Below, piece after piece: positions 44,733 through 56,072 of a stretch of 64,000 nucleotides of DNA (its first letter is position 1; every line of letters begins with the position of its first letter). Both the position numbers and the translations under genes were made by a program. The DNA lies in the NCBI GenBank assembly GCA_963837725.1, contig CAWIOJ010000003.1:283570-347569 (forward strand), in the 5' to 3' direction. The notes under the pieces are model-generated. The model was not told where the DNA came from, searched no databases, and saw only the letters and a list, made by a program, of their open reading frames with translations. This DNA comes from an uncultured Thermoleophilia bacterium (lineage in GTDB: Bacteria; Actinomycetota; Thermoleophilia; Miltoncostaeales; Miltoncostaeaceae).

Positions 44733-45664
44733 ATGCCGATCGCGGACTCCATCACCGAGCTGATCGGGCGCACTCCGCTGGTGCGGCTGGGCAGGATCGC
44801 GGAGGGCTCCGGGGCGCAGATCGTCGGCAAGCTCGAGTCGTTCAACCCGGCCGGATCGGTCAAGGACCGCATCGGGCTCGCGATGGTCGAGGCGGCCGAG
44901 GCCGAGGGCGACTGCTGGTGCCCGGCACGAGCGTGATCATCGAGTCCACCTCGGGCAACACCGGCATCGCGCTGGCGTTCGTGGCGGCGGCCAAGGGCTA
45001 CCGCTGCATCCTCACGATGCCCGAGACGATGACCCTCGAGCGCCGCACCCTGCTGAAGGCGTACGGCGCGGAGCTGGTGCTGACCCCCGGCGCCGAGGGC
45101 ATGCGCGGCGCGATCGCCCGCGCCGAGGAGATCGCCGCGACCACCGAGGGCGCGTTCATGGCCCGGCAGTTCCAGAACCCGGCCAACCCCGCGATCCACC
45201 GGCGCACCACGGCCGAGGAGATCTGGGCCGACACCGACGGGGCCGTCAACATCCTGGTCGCGGGCGTCGGCACCGGCGGCACCATCACGGGCGTGGCCGA
45301 GGTGCTCAAGGAGCGCAAGCCCGAGCTTCTCGCCTTGGCGGTCGAGCCCGTCGACTCGCCGGTCCTCTCCGGAGGCGTGGCGGGGCCGCACAAGATCCAG
45401 GGCATCGGGGCGGGTTTCGTGCCCGGGGTCCTCAACACGGAGATCTACGACGAGGTGCTGACCTGCAGCGCGGACGACGCCTTCGCGATGTCGCGGCGGC
45501 TGGCCCGCGAGGAGGGCATCCTCGTCGGCATCAGCGCGGGAGCGAACGTCTGGGCGGCCCTGGAGTTGGCCCGGCGGCCAGAGAGCGCCGGGAAGCTCAT
45601 CGTTACGTTCCTCTGCGACACGGGCGAGCGCTACCTCACGACCCCCCTCTTCGAGGACGCCTAG
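44733..45664 (+). CDS. cysK: Cysteine synthase A (frameshift near 44910)
   Basis: [47 protein letters not shown]. Confidence 0.95.
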
Positions 45665-45708
45665 GGGTCCCCTGGCGCTCGCCGAGTCCTGTGTGAATCG
45701 GAGCTGAG

Positions 45709-46554
45709 ATGGCCAAGAAGGGGACAGGGGTCGCCAAGAAGGTCGCCGCGACCAACGGCGCCGCACCGCCGACCAAGCGGCTCAAGAAGGACGTGTACGA
45801 GGAGGAGCTCGCACGCCTCCAGATCGAGCTCGTGAAGATGCACGAGTGGATCAAGAACACCGGCTTCAAGCTGCTGGTGGTGTTCGAGGGGCGCGACGCG
45901 GCCGGCAAGGGCGGCGTCATCAAGCGCATCACGGAGAGCCTCAGCCCCCGCATCTGCCGGGTGGTGGCGCTGACCGCTCCCACCGAGCGCGAGCGGACCC
46001 AGTGGTACTTCCAGCGCTACGTCGCTCATCTGCCGGCCGGCGGCGAGATGGTGCTGCTCGACCGCAGTTGGTACAACCGCGCCGGCGTCGAGCGGGTGAT
46101 GGGCTTCTGCACCGAGGAGGAGTACCGCGACTTCCTCGCCACGGCCCCCGACTTCGAGCGGATGCTCATCCGGTCGGACATCAAGCTGGTCAAGTACTGG
46201 TTCTCGGTGAGCGACCACGAGCAGGAGAAGCGCTTCCAGGAGCGCATCGACAACCCCACCAAGCGGTGGAAGCTCAGCCCGATGGACCTCAAGTCGCGCG
46301 AGAACTGGGTCGAGTATTCGCGGGCGAAGGACGCGATGTTCGCCCACACCGACACCAAGCAGGCGCCCTGGTACGTGGTCGAGGCCGACGACAAGCGGCG
46401 GGCGCGGATCAACTGCATCTCGCACCTGCTCAGCCTGGTTCCCTACACCGACCTCACGCCCGAGCCCGTGGTGCTGCCCAAGCGGCGCGACGACAAGCTC
46501 TACGTGCGGCCGCCCATGGACGACCAGACCTTCGTGCCCCAGGTCTTCCCGTAG
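45709..46554 (+). CDS. ppk2: Polyphosphate kinase 2
   Basis: EGRDAAGKGG, DRSWYNRAGVERVMGF, KRWKLSPMD. Confidence 0.95.
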   Translation: MAKKGTGVAKKVAATNGAAPPTKRLKKDVYEEELARLQIELVKMHEWIKNTGFKLLVVFEGRDAAGKGGVIKRITESLSPRICRVVALTAPTERERTQWYFQRYVAHLPAGGEMVLLDRSWYNRAGVERVMGFCTEEEYRDFLATAPDFERMLIRSDIKLVKYWFSVSDHEQEKRFQERIDNPTKRWKLSPMDLKSRENWVEYSRAKDAMFAHTDTKQAPWYVVEADDKRRARINCISHLLSLVPYTDLTPEPVVLPKRRDDKLYVRPPMDDQTFVPQVFP

Positions 46555-46558
46555 GCCG

Positions 46559-47254
46559 CTATGCGCGGCGGATCATGAGGGTCCGCCGCGCGCCGCGCTC
46601 CTTGAACCCGAGCGCGCGCAGGAACGCCTGGCCGGGCGTGTCGACCTGCACCAGGGCGGCGAGGTGCGTGCCCCGCGCCTCGCGCACCTGCCGGGCGAGG
46701 TCGGCGATCAGCAGGCTGCCGACGCCCTGGCGCCGCTTGTCGGGCACCACGCCCATCCAGTTGATCCAGCCCTCGGGCAGCATCGCCTGGGCGAAGCCGA
46801 GCATGTCGCGCTCGTCGCGGGCCACGCTGAAGGCGTCGAAGCCCTCGGCGCCCTCGTAGCCGGTCGGCTGGCCCATCTCGGCGAACACCGCGAGGCCCTC
46901 CATCGACATCTGCTCCGCCGCCGTGAACGCCTCGGACCACTCGTTCCTGTAGGGCTCGACGCTCACCCCGGGCACGAAGGCGGCCCGGCGCATCCCCTCG
47001 ATGGGGCGCGCCATCACGGCGACCTGCGCGTAGGGCTCGAAGCCCTCGGCCAGCAGGAGTCCACCGACCGGATCGTCGCTCGCCACCTCGGCGTCCCATG
47101 GGGGCGGGGCCAGCTCGGCGAGCAGGGCGCGCAGAGCCGGCAGCCCGTCGGCGCGCAGACCCTCCAGGCGCAGTGCGCGCGAGGTGGGGGAGGGGCCCGG
47201 CTGGCAGGAGGCCCCCTCGACGGCGACGCTACTCGACGTAGGTCTCCAGGTCAT
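46559..47254 (-). CDS. GNAT-family acetyltransferase (start uncertain)
   Basis: WMGVVPDKRRQGVGSLL, FLRALGF. Confidence 0.7.
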   Translation of the reverse strand: MTWRPTSSSVAVEGASCQPGPSPTSRALRLEGLRADGLPALRALLAELAPPPWDAEVASDDPVGGLLLAEGFEPYAQVAVMARPIEGMRRAAFVPGVSVEPYRNEWSEAFTAAEQMSMEGLAVFAEMGQPTGYEGAEGFDAFSVARDERDMLGFAQAMLPEGWINWMGVVPDKRRQGVGSLLIADLARQVREARGTHLAALVQVDTPGQAFLRALGFKERGARRTLMIRRA

Positions 47255-47465
47255 CGACGCGCACGCCGAGGCCCTCCAGATGCCGGCGCGCCTCGGTGAG
47301 GCGCTGCTCGGTGCCGGTCACCTCCATGATCACCCAGCCGGTGCTCTCGCGGATGTCGGCGCGACGGATGTTGGTGACCACGTCGAATCGCTTGGAGAGC
47401 GTGTAGATGATCGGCTCTTTGATCAGCTGCTCGGGAAACGTCAGCTTCAGCTTCTGACGTGTCAG
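47229..47465 (-). CDS. NIL-domain protein
   Basis: [34 protein letters not shown]; GAGGAGG eight nt before CTG. Confidence 0.8.
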   Translation of the reverse strand: MTRQKLKLTFPEQLIKEPIIYTLSKRFDVVTNIRRADIRESTGWVIMEVTGTEQRLTEARRHLEGLGVRVDDLETYVE

Positions 47466-47505
47466 TTTGGGCGCCTCCTCACGGGGGGCGCCTATACTAG
47501 CCCGC

Positions 47506-48288
47506 ATGTCACGGCGCTCGCTGCTCGGGCGGCTTGGCGGCGCGAAGCGGTCGTTCGACCGCGACATCGAGGTCGCCAGAGAGCGCGACCCGGCGGCCAC
47601 CTCGCTCGCTGAGATCCTCCTCTGCTATCCCGGCCTGCACGCCGTGTGGATGCACCGCGGCGCCCACGCGATGTACGCGCGGGGGCTGCGTCTGCCCGCC
47701 CGCGTCGTCAGCCAGGTCTCACGGTTCCTGACCGGCATCGAGATCCACCCGGGGGCCCAGATCGGCCCGGGCTTCTTCATCGACCACGGCATGGGCGTGG
47801 TCATCGGCGAGACCACCGAGATCGGCGAGGACGTGACGATCTACCAGGGCGTCACGCTCGGCGGCACCGGCAAGGACGTCGGCAAGCGGCACCCGACCGT
47901 GCGCGACGGGGTGATCGTCGGCACCGGCGCGCGCGTGCTCGGCCCGGTGGTGCTGGGGGAGTGCTCCAAGGTCGGCGCCGGCGCGATCGTCATCAAGGAC
48001 GTGCCGCCCAACTCGACGGTGGTGGGCAACCCGGGCCGGCCGGTGGTGGTCGACGGGCGCAGGGTCTCGTACGACGCGCACCACCCCGACATCGACCACG
48101 TGCACCTGCCCGACCCCGTCGCCGAGGCGATGAACTCGCTCGTGCGCAGGGTCAGCGAGCTCGAGCGCGACCTGGCCGACGTGCGCGCGGGACGGCCGCT
48201 CGCACCCCGGCCGCACGCCGACGACACGCTGAGCGCCGAGGAGGAGGTCGCGAGCATCCTCGGCCTCAATTCCGGGGCCGGTATCTAG
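47506..48288 (+). CDS. cysE: Serine O-acetyltransferase
   Basis: [47 protein letters not shown]. Confidence 0.95.
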   Translation: MSRRSLLGRLGGAKRSFDRDIEVARERDPAATSLAEILLCYPGLHAVWMHRGAHAMYARGLRLPARVVSQVSRFLTGIEIHPGAQIGPGFFIDHGMGVVIGETTEIGEDVTIYQGVTLGGTGKDVGKRHPTVRDGVIVGTGARVLGPVVLGECSKVGAGAIVIKDVPPNSTVVGNPGRPVVVDGRRVSYDAHHPDIDHVHLPDPVAEAMNSLVRRVSELERDLADVRAGRPLAPRPHADDTLSAEEEVASILGLNSGAGI

Positions 48289-48335
48289 CGGCGTCACCCC
48301 GTGGGGCGTCGGGTGCCTCCGGTAGGATCCAGGAG

Positions 48336-50493
48336 GTGTCCGACCCGCTCGCCGGCCTCAATCCTCCCCAACGTGAGGCCGTTCTCCACGGCGATGGGCC
48401 CCTGCTCGTGCTGGCCGGGGCGGGGAGCGGCAAGACCCGGGTCCTGACGCACCGCGTCGCCCGCCTGATCGACGACGGGGTGCCGCCGCAGGCGATCCTC
48501 GCGATCACCTTCACCAACAAGGCCGCCGGCGAGATGCGCGAGCGCATCGGCGCGCTGGTGGGGCCCGCGGGCGCGCGCGATCTGGGCCTCGACCTTCCAC
48601 TCGGCGTGCGTGCGCATCCTGCGGCGCGAGGCGCCCGTCGGCGGGCTACGCGCGCGACTTCTCGATCTACGACGGCGACGACCAGCTGCGGCTCATCCGC
48701 CGCTGCATGGTCGACGAGGACATCGACCCCAAGCGCTTCGCGCCCCGCGCGCTGCAGGCCCGGATCTCGCGACGCCAAGAACCAGCTGCGCGGGCCCGAG
48801 GAGATGGCGGCCCTCGACGGCTCGTACAACGACGAGGTCGCGTCGCGGGTGTACCACCGCTACGCCGACGCGCTGCGCGCCAACGGGGCGATGGACTTCG
48901 ACGACCTGCTGATGGTCACGGCCCTGCTGATGGAGAACGACGAGGCGGTGCGCGCCCGCTGGCAGACGCGCTTCGAGCACGTGCTGGTGGACGAGTACCA
49001 GGACACCAACCACGCCCAGTACCGCCTGGTGCGCGCGCTCGCCGAGCCCCAGCGCAACGTGATGGCGGTGGGCGACGACGACCAGGGCATCTACTCGTGG
49101 CGCGGCGCCGACGTGGCGCAACATCCTCGACTTCGAGCGCGACTACCCCAACGCCCACGTGGTCGCGCTGGAGCAGAACTACCGGTCCACGGGGACGATC
49201 CTGCGCGCGGCGAACGCGCGTGGTGGAGCGCAACCCGCACCGCCACCCAAGCGGCTCTGGACCGACCTCGGGCGACGGCGAGCCGATCACCGTCGTCTCG
49301 TGCCGCGACGAGCACGAGGAGGCCGCGCGTGGTGGCCGGCGCCATCGACCAGGCGCTGGGGCGCGGCGACAGCCTCTCCGACATCGCGGTCTTCTACCGC
49401 ACCAACGCCCAGAGCCGCGCGATCGAGGATCAGCTGGTGCGCCGGGGGGTCAACTACACGGTGGTCGGCGGCCCGCGGTTCTACGAGCGCGCCGAGGTGC
49501 GCGACCTGCTCGCCTACCTGCGCGTGGTCGCCAACCCCGCCGACGGGGTCAGCCTGGCGCGCATGTTCGGCGCGCCCAAGCGCGGCCTCGGCCCGGGCTG
49601 CATCGCCAAGCTCGAGGCCTTCGCCGCCGCCCACGTGCTGCCGATCGGCGACGACCCTGCTGCGCCCCGACGAGGTCGCGGGGCTCCAGCCCGCGCCAGC
49701 GCGCGACCATCGCGGCCACGCGGCGCGCTGCTCGAGGACATCCGCCAGCGGGTGGCCGCCGGGAGCCCGCTCGACCGGGTCATCGAGGAGGTCATCGACC
49801 GCTCCGGGCTGCGCGAGGCCCTCGAGCGCGAGGGCACCTTCGAGGCCCAGGGGCGCATCGAGAACCTCGACGAGATGGTGCGCGTCGCGGCCGAGTACGA
49901 CGCATCCGAGGAGGAGGCGACCCTCGGCGGGCTTCCTCGAGGGCATCGCGCTGCAGGCCGACGCCGACCTGGTGGACGAGTCGAGCGGCGCGGTGACGCT
50001 GATGACGATCCACAACGCCAAGGGCCTCGAGTTCGACACCGTGATCATCACGGGCCTCGAGGAGGGCCTGTTCCCGCACTCGCGCTCGGACACGCCCGAG
50101 ACGCTCGAGGAGGAGCGGCGCCTCTTCTACGTGGGCCTGACGCGCGCGCGGCGCCACCTGATCCTGACCCACGCCGAGAGCCGCGCCATCCACGGGGGCC
50201 GCGACTACCGCCTGCCCTCGCGGTTCCTGGGCGAGATCCCGGCGGATGCCCTGGCGGCGGCGCCGGGCGGCCGGCGCTCGGCGGCGACATCCGTGACGGT
50301 GCCCGCAGGCGCCCGGGCCCGGATGCGCGCGCCCTCGCTGGCGACGGGCGACTCGGTGGTGCACGCGACCTTCGGCGAGGGTGTGGTGACGGCGATCGAG
50401 GGCGGGGGGGATCTGGTGAAGGTGCGGTTCGCGGAGGATGGCGCCGAGCGGCGGCTGATGGCCGGCGCGGCGCCCATGAGAAAGGTCGGCTGA
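48336..50493 (+). CDS. pcrA: ATP-dependent DNA helicase PcrA/UvrD (many frameshifts)
   Basis: LAGAGSGKT, AITFTNKAA, VDEYQDTN, LEQNYRS, MTIHNAKGLEF, EEERRLFYVG. Confidence 0.93.
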
Positions 50494-51369
50494 ATGGCGG
50501 CGACGATCATCGACGGAAAGGCCGCGGCGGCCGAGCTGCGCGCCGAGGTGGCCCAGGGCGTGGCCGCGTTCGCGGCGCGCCACGGCCGGCCTCCGGGCCT
50601 CGCCGGCATCCAGGTGGGCGCCGACCCGGCGTCCGAGCTGTACCAGGCGGGCAAGGCGCGGGCGGCCGAGGAGGCCGGGATGATCTCGCGGCGCGTCGTG
50701 CTGCCGCTCGAGACCACCGAGGCCGAGCTCGACGCCGTCATCGACGAGCTCAACGCGGACGACGCGATCGACGGGATGCTGGTGCAGCTGCCGGTGCCGG
50801 ATCAGCTGTCGGAGGTCCGGATCGCCAACCGCATCCACCCCGACAAGGACGTGGACGGCTTCGCCCCGGTCAACCTGGGCCGACTGATCCGCGGTGAGCC
50901 CGGGTCGGTCTCGTGCACGCCGGCGGGGATCATGTGGCTGCTCGACCGCGCGGGCGTCCCGCTGGAGGGCGCGAACGCCGTCGTCGTGGGGCGCAGCCTG
51001 ATCGTGGGCAAGCCGATGGCCCTGCTGCTCACCGCCCGCAGCGCGACGGTGACCGTCGCGCACTCGCGCACCCGCGACCTGCCCGCCCTCTGCCGCACCG
51101 CCGACGTCCTGGTGGCCGCGGTCGGGCGGCCGGAGATGATCCGCGGCGACTGGATCAAGCCGGGCGCCGCCGTGATCGACGTGGGCATCAACCGCACCGA
51201 CGACGGCCTGCGCGGAGACGTGGCCGGCGCCGAGGCGGCCGAGGTGGCCGGGTGGCTCACGCCGGTCCCCGGTGGGGTCGGCCCCATGACCATCGCGTAC
51301 CTGTTGTCCAACACCCTCGACGCCGCCCGACGACGGGCCGGCGAGAGCACACACACGGGAGACGAGTGA
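50494..51369 (+). CDS. folD: Methylenetetrahydrofolate dehydrogenase/cyclohydrolase
   Basis: [43 protein letters not shown]. Confidence 0.95.
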   Translation: MAATIIDGKAAAAELRAEVAQGVAAFAARHGRPPGLAGIQVGADPASELYQAGKARAAEEAGMISRRVVLPLETTEAELDAVIDELNADDAIDGMLVQLPVPDQLSEVRIANRIHPDKDVDGFAPVNLGRLIRGEPGSVSCTPAGIMWLLDRAGVPLEGANAVVVGRSLIVGKPMALLLTARSATVTVAHSRTRDLPALCRTADVLVAAVGRPEMIRGDWIKPGAAVIDVGINRTDDGLRGDVAGAEAAEVAGWLTPVPGGVGPMTIAYLLSNTLDAARRRAGESTHTGDE

Positions 51370-51373
51370 CCAG

Positions 51374-52048
51374 ATGAAAATTGCGATCTTCGGCGGTACC
51401 GGCGATCTGGGCCGCGGCCTCGCCATCAACTTCGCCGCCGCCGGCCACGAGGTCATCGTGGGCTCCCGCAGCCAGGAGCGGGCCGACCAGGCCGCCGAGA
51501 CCCTGCGCGAGGCGCTGCCCAGCGGCACCTTCACGCCCCTGGACAACGTGGCCGCGGCCGCCGCGGGCGATCTGGCCGTCCTCTCGATCCCCTGGGAGGG
51601 CATCGAGGCGACCATCCCGCCGATGGCCGAGGCCCTCGCCGACAAGGTCGTGGTGTCGGTGGTCAACGCGCTGCGGTTCGGCAAGAGCGGCGCGATCGCC
51701 GAGCAGGACGCCCTGCCGCTCGCCTCGTGCGCCCACCAGATCCAGGAGCTCGCCCCCGAGGCGAAGGTCGTGGTGGCCTACAACAACCTGCCGGCCGCCG
51801 GCCTGCAGGCGCAGCACCACCTCAACGCCGACGTGCTGGTGTGCGGCAAGAGCCGCGCGGCCCGCGAGGCCGTCATCGAGCTCACCTCGGCCATCCCGGG
51901 CACGCGTGCCCTCGACGCCGGGCCGCTGGCCAACGCCCTGATCATCGAGGGGATGACCGCGATCATCATCAACCTCAACAAGCGCTACGGCGGAGAGGCG
52001 AGCCTCTCCATCTCGGGGCTGGAGAACGCCCCCGAGCGCCCCGCCTGA
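51374..52048 (+). CDS. npdG: NADPH-dependent F420 reductase
   Basis: MKIAIFGGTGDLGRGLA, VGSRSQERA, DAGPLANA..IEGMT. Confidence 0.85.
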   Translation: MKIAIFGGTGDLGRGLAINFAAAGHEVIVGSRSQERADQAAETLREALPSGTFTPLDNVAAAAAGDLAVLSIPWEGIEATIPPMAEALADKVVVSVVNALRFGKSGAIAEQDALPLASCAHQIQELAPEAKVVVAYNNLPAAGLQAQHHLNADVLVCGKSRAAREAVIELTSAIPGTRALDAGPLANALIIEGMTAIIINLNKRYGGEASLSISGLENAPERPA

Positions 52049-52055
52049 GCCGCCG

Positions 52056-52090
52056 CGCCGGGTCGCCGTCGATCGGACGGCGGCCCGGCG
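52056..52090. terminator. Hairpin between convergent genes
   Basis: CGCCGGGTCGCCGTC-gatcg-GACGGCGGCCCGGCG. Confidence 0.6.
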
Positions 52091-52097
52091 GTCGCGG

Positions 52098-52487
52098 TCA
52101 GCCGCGGGCGTCCTCGAGGATGACGCGGGCGCGCGAGATCGCCTGCTGAGCGCCCTCGAGCTCGCGGCGCAGGCCGCGGCTCTCCGCCTCCAGCGCCACG
52201 ATGCGGTTCTGGGCGGCGTGCAGTTCGTCCGCGAGACGCGCCAGGGCGACGCTCGGGTCGCCGTTCAGGTCGCCCTGCTCACGGGCGCGCCAGCGGATGA
52301 ATCCGGCCGCGATCTCCTCGACGCCGTCGTCGTCGCCGAAGCGCCGGGCGGCCTGCTCGATCGTCGCGCCCGCCTCGACCAGCGGGAGCATCTCCGCGTA
52401 CAGGGTTGGGGATCCGGTGTCGGTCACCGCAACGTGCTCCTTGGCGCGACGGTCGGTCCTCCACCGTAGCGCCGGCTCACCAGCCAC
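52098..52487 (-). CDS. Hypothetical coiled-coil protein
   Basis: C-terminal heptad-like LARLADELHAAQNRIVALEAESRGLRRELE. Confidence 0.6.
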   Translation of the reverse strand: MAGEPALRWRTDRRAKEHVAVTDTGSPTLYAEMLPLVEAGATIEQAARRFGDDDGVEEIAAGFIRWRAREQGDLNGDPSVALARLADELHAAQNRIVALEAESRGLRRELEGAQQAISRARVILEDARG

Positions 52488-53064
52488 GCCAGACCGAGAG
52501 CTCGGACACGTCGGGGCGGGGCGAGCGGTTGGCCGGATCTGGCCCCATCGGCAGGCCGAGGTAGACGAAACCGACCACCGCGTCGCGCGGCCCGAGCCCC
52601 AGCGCCTCGAGCACCTCGGGGCAGTCGGGCATCACGCCCGTGCGCCACATGCTCGCAAGGCCGCGGGCGCGGGCGGCCAGCAGCAGGTTCTCGATGCCGG
52701 CCGCCACCGCGTCGCGGTCCTCGCGGGCCGTCACCGGGTCCTCGCCGGGGCGGACGCAGCAGGCGATCACGACGGGCGCGCGCTCGAGGCGGTTCGCGGC
52801 CTTCTCCAGGTCGGCGGCCGAGATGTCCGGATCGACGCGCAGGGCGTTTCGGGCGAAGGCCTCGCCGATCTCCCGGCGGGCGTCGCCGGCGATCACGACG
52901 AACCACCAGGGGTTGGTGAGGTGGTGGTTGGGGGCGCGGATCGCCGCGCGCAGCAGCTCCTCGACCTGGGCCCGCGGGATCGGGTCGGGGGCGATGCGGC
53001 CGATGCTGCGGCGGTCGAGGATCGCCGCCACGATCGTGTCGCCCTCAGGCGTAGCCGAGCTCAT
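52477..53064 (-). CDS. Nitroreductase family protein
   Basis: [39 protein letters not shown]. Confidence 0.88.
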   Translation of the reverse strand: MSSATPEGDTIVAAILDRRSIGRIAPDPIPRAQVEELLRAAIRAPNHHLTNPWWFVVIAGDARREIGEAFARNALRVDPDISAADLEKAANRLERAPVVIACCVRPGEDPVTAREDRDAVAAGIENLLLAARARGLASMWRTGVMPDCPEVLEALGLGPRDAVVGFVYLGLPMGPDPANRSPRPDVSELSVWRGW

Positions 53065-53389
53065 CCAGCTGCTCCTCGTCGAATCCCAGGTGATGGCCCA
53101 ACTCGTGGAGAACGGTGATCCGCACCTGCTCGATCAGATCGGCGCGGTCGGTGTGGTGGTCGGTCATCGGATGCAGATAGATCGCGATGCGCGCAGGCGG
53201 CAGGCCCGAGACCACCACGCCCTCGATGAGGGGCACGCCGGTGTACAGCCCGTAGAGCGGCGGCATGCCGGGCGGCGCGTGATCCTCGACCACCACGGCG
53301 ACCTCGTCGAGGGCGGTGGCGAAGGGCTCGGGAACGGCGTCCATGGCCTCGCCCACCAGCTGCTCGAACTCTGCCCGGTCCATGCTCAC
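53045..53389 (-). CDS. Zincin-like metallopeptidase (DUF1025 type)
   Basis: [25 protein letters not shown]. Confidence 0.85.
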   Translation of the reverse strand: MSMDRAEFEQLVGEAMDAVPEPFATALDEVAVVVEDHAPPGMPPLYGLYTGVPLIEGVVVSGLPPARIAIYLHPMTDHHTDRADLIEQVRITVLHELGHHLGFDEEQLDELGYA

Positions 53390-53504
53390 GAGGCGATCGT
53401 AGTGACTCCCCGGTCGGGGGGCCGAGGCCCCTCGTCCGTTGGTTATCCCGGGCGGCTCCCGTGGCAATCCTGTGATCACACGGATGGACCCGAGGGGAGG
53501 GCCG

Positions 53505-55331
53505 ATGCGGACTCGACACTGGATGCGTGGAGCGCTGGTCGCCGCTGTGGCGGCGATGGTGATGCTCGTGGCGATGCCGGCGCTGGGCGCCGTCGCCAAA
53601 CCCACGCCCATCCCGCTCTCACAGGCCCTCACGCTGCTCGACCAGGGCGTGCCGTCCGCCGCCGTGCTCGACGCGAGCCCCGGGGCGCAGAGCCTGACGC
53701 TGGTGATCGACGGCAAGCGGCGCGTGACGGCCCTGCCGACCGGCCTCACCGAGCGGGTGATCGACTCGGCCCAGAAGGGCGACGTGCCGCTGCGGGTCAA
53801 GCAGCCGGCCGCCGAGCCCGCGGCCGTGGGCGGCGCCTCAGGCGGAGGCGCCGGGCTCAACATCGAGTACCTCGTCCAGACCTGGGGTCCGCTGCTGCTG
53901 CTCCTCGGCCTCGTCGTGGTCTCGGCGCTCGCGCTCCGGATGGCCGGCGGCGCCCGCTTCAAGCACCAGGTCAAGGCGGTGACGTCGACCACACGGTTCC
54001 AGGACGTGGCCGGCGTGGACGAGATCCGCAGCGAGGTGAGCGAGATCGTCGAGGTGCTGCGCGATCCGGCACGGTTCGAGAAGGTCGGCGCGGCGCTGCC
54101 GAGCGGGATCATCCTGCACGGGCCTCCCGGGACCGGGAAGACGCTGCTCGCCCGCGCCGTGGCCGGCGAGGCCAACGTGCCCTTCTTCAGCGCGTCGGGC
54201 TCCGAGTTCGTCGAGGTGTACTCCGGACTCGGCTCCAAGCGCATCCGCGCCCTGTTCGCCGCGGCCCGCAAGGCGGCCCCCGCGGTGGTCTACATCGACG
54301 AGATCGACGCGGTCGGCGCCAAGCGCACCGGGCACGCGTCGTCGGGCGAGCGCGAGCAGACGCTCGACCAGCTGCTGACCGAGATGGACGGCTTCGCCCA
54401 GGACCCGGCCCGCCCCGTGGTCGTCCTGGCCTCCACCAACCGGCTCGACGACCTCGACCCCGCCCTCGTCCGCTCCGGGCGCTTCGACCGCAAGATCGCC
54501 GTCGGCCTGCCGGGTCGCGAGGCGCGCCGCGAGATCCTCGACGTCCACCTGCGCGGCCGCCCGCTGGCCCCCGGCACCAACTCCGCCGCCGTCGCCGCAT
54601 TCACGGTGGGGATGGCCGGCGCCGACCTGGCCGCCCTCTGCAACGAGGCCTCCTTCGAGGCGGCGAGAGGCGGAGCCGACTCCCTGTCGATGCCGCACTT
54701 CCGCAAGGCCCTGATGCGCCTCGCCGCGGGCCCGGAGCGGCGCGGCCGAATCCTCTCGGACGACGAGCGCGCACTGGTCGCCTACCACGAGATGGGCCAC
54801 GCCCTGGTCGGCCACATGAGCCCCCGCTGCGACACGGTCGAGCGGGTCACGGTGATCCCGCAGGGCCAGGCGCTGGGAGTCACCGTCTCGCTACCCGACG
54901 AGGACAAGTTCCTGGCGACGAGGGAAGAATGCGTCGAACGCCTCGGCATGATGATGGCCGGCCGAGCCGCGGAAGAACTCATCTTCGGAGAGTTCACCAG
55001 CGGAGCCGCGGACGACCTTCTCCGAAGCGCCACCCTGGCACGCCGCATGGTCGCCGAACTGGCCATGTCCGCGCCCACCACCGGCGAAAGCCTGGGAGGC
55101 GGCCTCCCCGGAGCGCAGGGAGCCGAGGCCAACGAACGCACCGAAGCCGCGGCGAGAGCGCTGATCCTCCAGGCCTTCGAGAGCGCCACGGAGATCCTGC
55201 AGGCCAACATCAACCTCCTCCACGACGCCGCCAACCGCCTGATCGCAGAGGAGGCCCTGGAGAGGGACGACCTCTCCGACCTCTTCGGCCCCCGTCCCTC
55301 CGCCCGCCGACTGGCTCCCTCCCTGGGCTGA
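53505..55331 (+). CDS. ftsH: Second FtsH-family ATP-dependent zinc metalloprotease
   Basis: Two TM segments; [44 protein letters not shown]. Confidence 0.92.
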   Translation: MRTRHWMRGALVAAVAAMVMLVAMPALGAVAKPTPIPLSQALTLLDQGVPSAAVLDASPGAQSLTLVIDGKRRVTALPTGLTERVIDSAQKGDVPLRVKQPAAEPAAVGGASGGGAGLNIEYLVQTWGPLLLLLGLVVVSALALRMAGGARFKHQVKAVTSTTRFQDVAGVDEIRSEVSEIVEVLRDPARFEKVGAALPSGIILHGPPGTGKTLLARAVAGEANVPFFSASGSEFVEVYSGLGSKRIRALFAAARKAAPAVVYIDEIDAVGAKRTGHASSGEREQTLDQLLTEMDGFAQDPARPVVVLASTNRLDDLDPALVRSGRFDRKIAVGLPGREARREILDVHLRGRPLAPGTNSAAVAAFTVGMAGADLAALCNEASFEAARGGADSLSMPHFRKALMRLAAGPERRGRILSDDERALVAYHEMGHALVGHMSPRCDTVERVTVIPQGQALGVTVSLPDEDKFLATREECVERLGMMMAGRAAEELIFGEFTSGAADDLLRSATLARRMVAELAMSAPTTGESLGGGLPGAQGAEANERTEAAARALILQAFESATEILQANINLLHDAANRLIAEEALERDDLSDLFGPRPSARRLAPSLG

Positions 55332-55367
55332 GGGCCCGGTCGGCGCCCGGTCGGTCCTGGCTGCTTT

Positions 55368-55419
55368 GGGTGTTGGCGTCAATTGGCGTTGTCGGACGAT
55401 GTCAATTGGCGCGCACCCC
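55368..55419. repeat. Double-palindrome intergenic repeat, copy B
   Basis: CGTCAATTGGCG (55377) + 11 nt + TGTCAATTGGCG (55400). Confidence 0.65.
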
Positions 55420-55486
55420 ACAACCGAGGCGCCGCCGACTCAGGTCAGCGGCCCCGCGTGCGCTCCCGTCCTCCAGGATCGCTCCG

Positions 55487-56060
55487 ATGGCCAAGACCTT
55501 CTACAAGGCCCGGGGGATGGGGGCGTCTCCGCCCTGCGCGATCTGCATGGGGCCGGGGAGTGGGCCGCGGGCGGCCGTGAATCTGCCCTTCGGCGTCCGG
55601 GTGTGGCTCTGCGCTGATCACCGGTCCGAGGAGTTCGCCCGGCGGCGGGCGGGGCGGGATCTTGTCGTGAGCCTGATGTCGGTGTGGGAGGCCGCTGGGT
55701 GTCTCACACGGGTTCGGCATCGGGCGCTCGACGCCCACCTGGCGCGGATGTCCCGGGTCGTGCGGGAGCGAGAGCTGCCCGGGTCGTACTCCTGGCCGGC
55801 GCTGCGGCAGGAGGCGGAGGCGCGGTTCGCCCGGGGTGACGCCTTCGCCGTCGTGGCCCGTGAGCTGCGTGCCCGTCACGAGCCCGATCCGGCCACGGCG
55901 CCGAGCCGGCGGACCATGCAGCGGTGGCATGCCGAGCGGCGGTGGCTGGACGGGGGAGCGCCGCCTGTCCGGACGGGGAGCCCGACACCCTCCGGCGGAT
56001 CAGCAGACGAAAGAGGCTCCGTTCCTACCGTGGATGTGCAGACACGCACAGATCGATCTC
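55487..56060 (+). CDS. Hypothetical protein with putative Zn finger and HTH-like C-terminus (end uncertain)
   Basis: CAICMG...WLCADH; AEARFARG...PSRRTMQRWHAERRW; no nearby in-frame stop, probably an indel. Confidence 0.55.
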
Positions 56061-56072
56061 ACGGAGGGGAAC

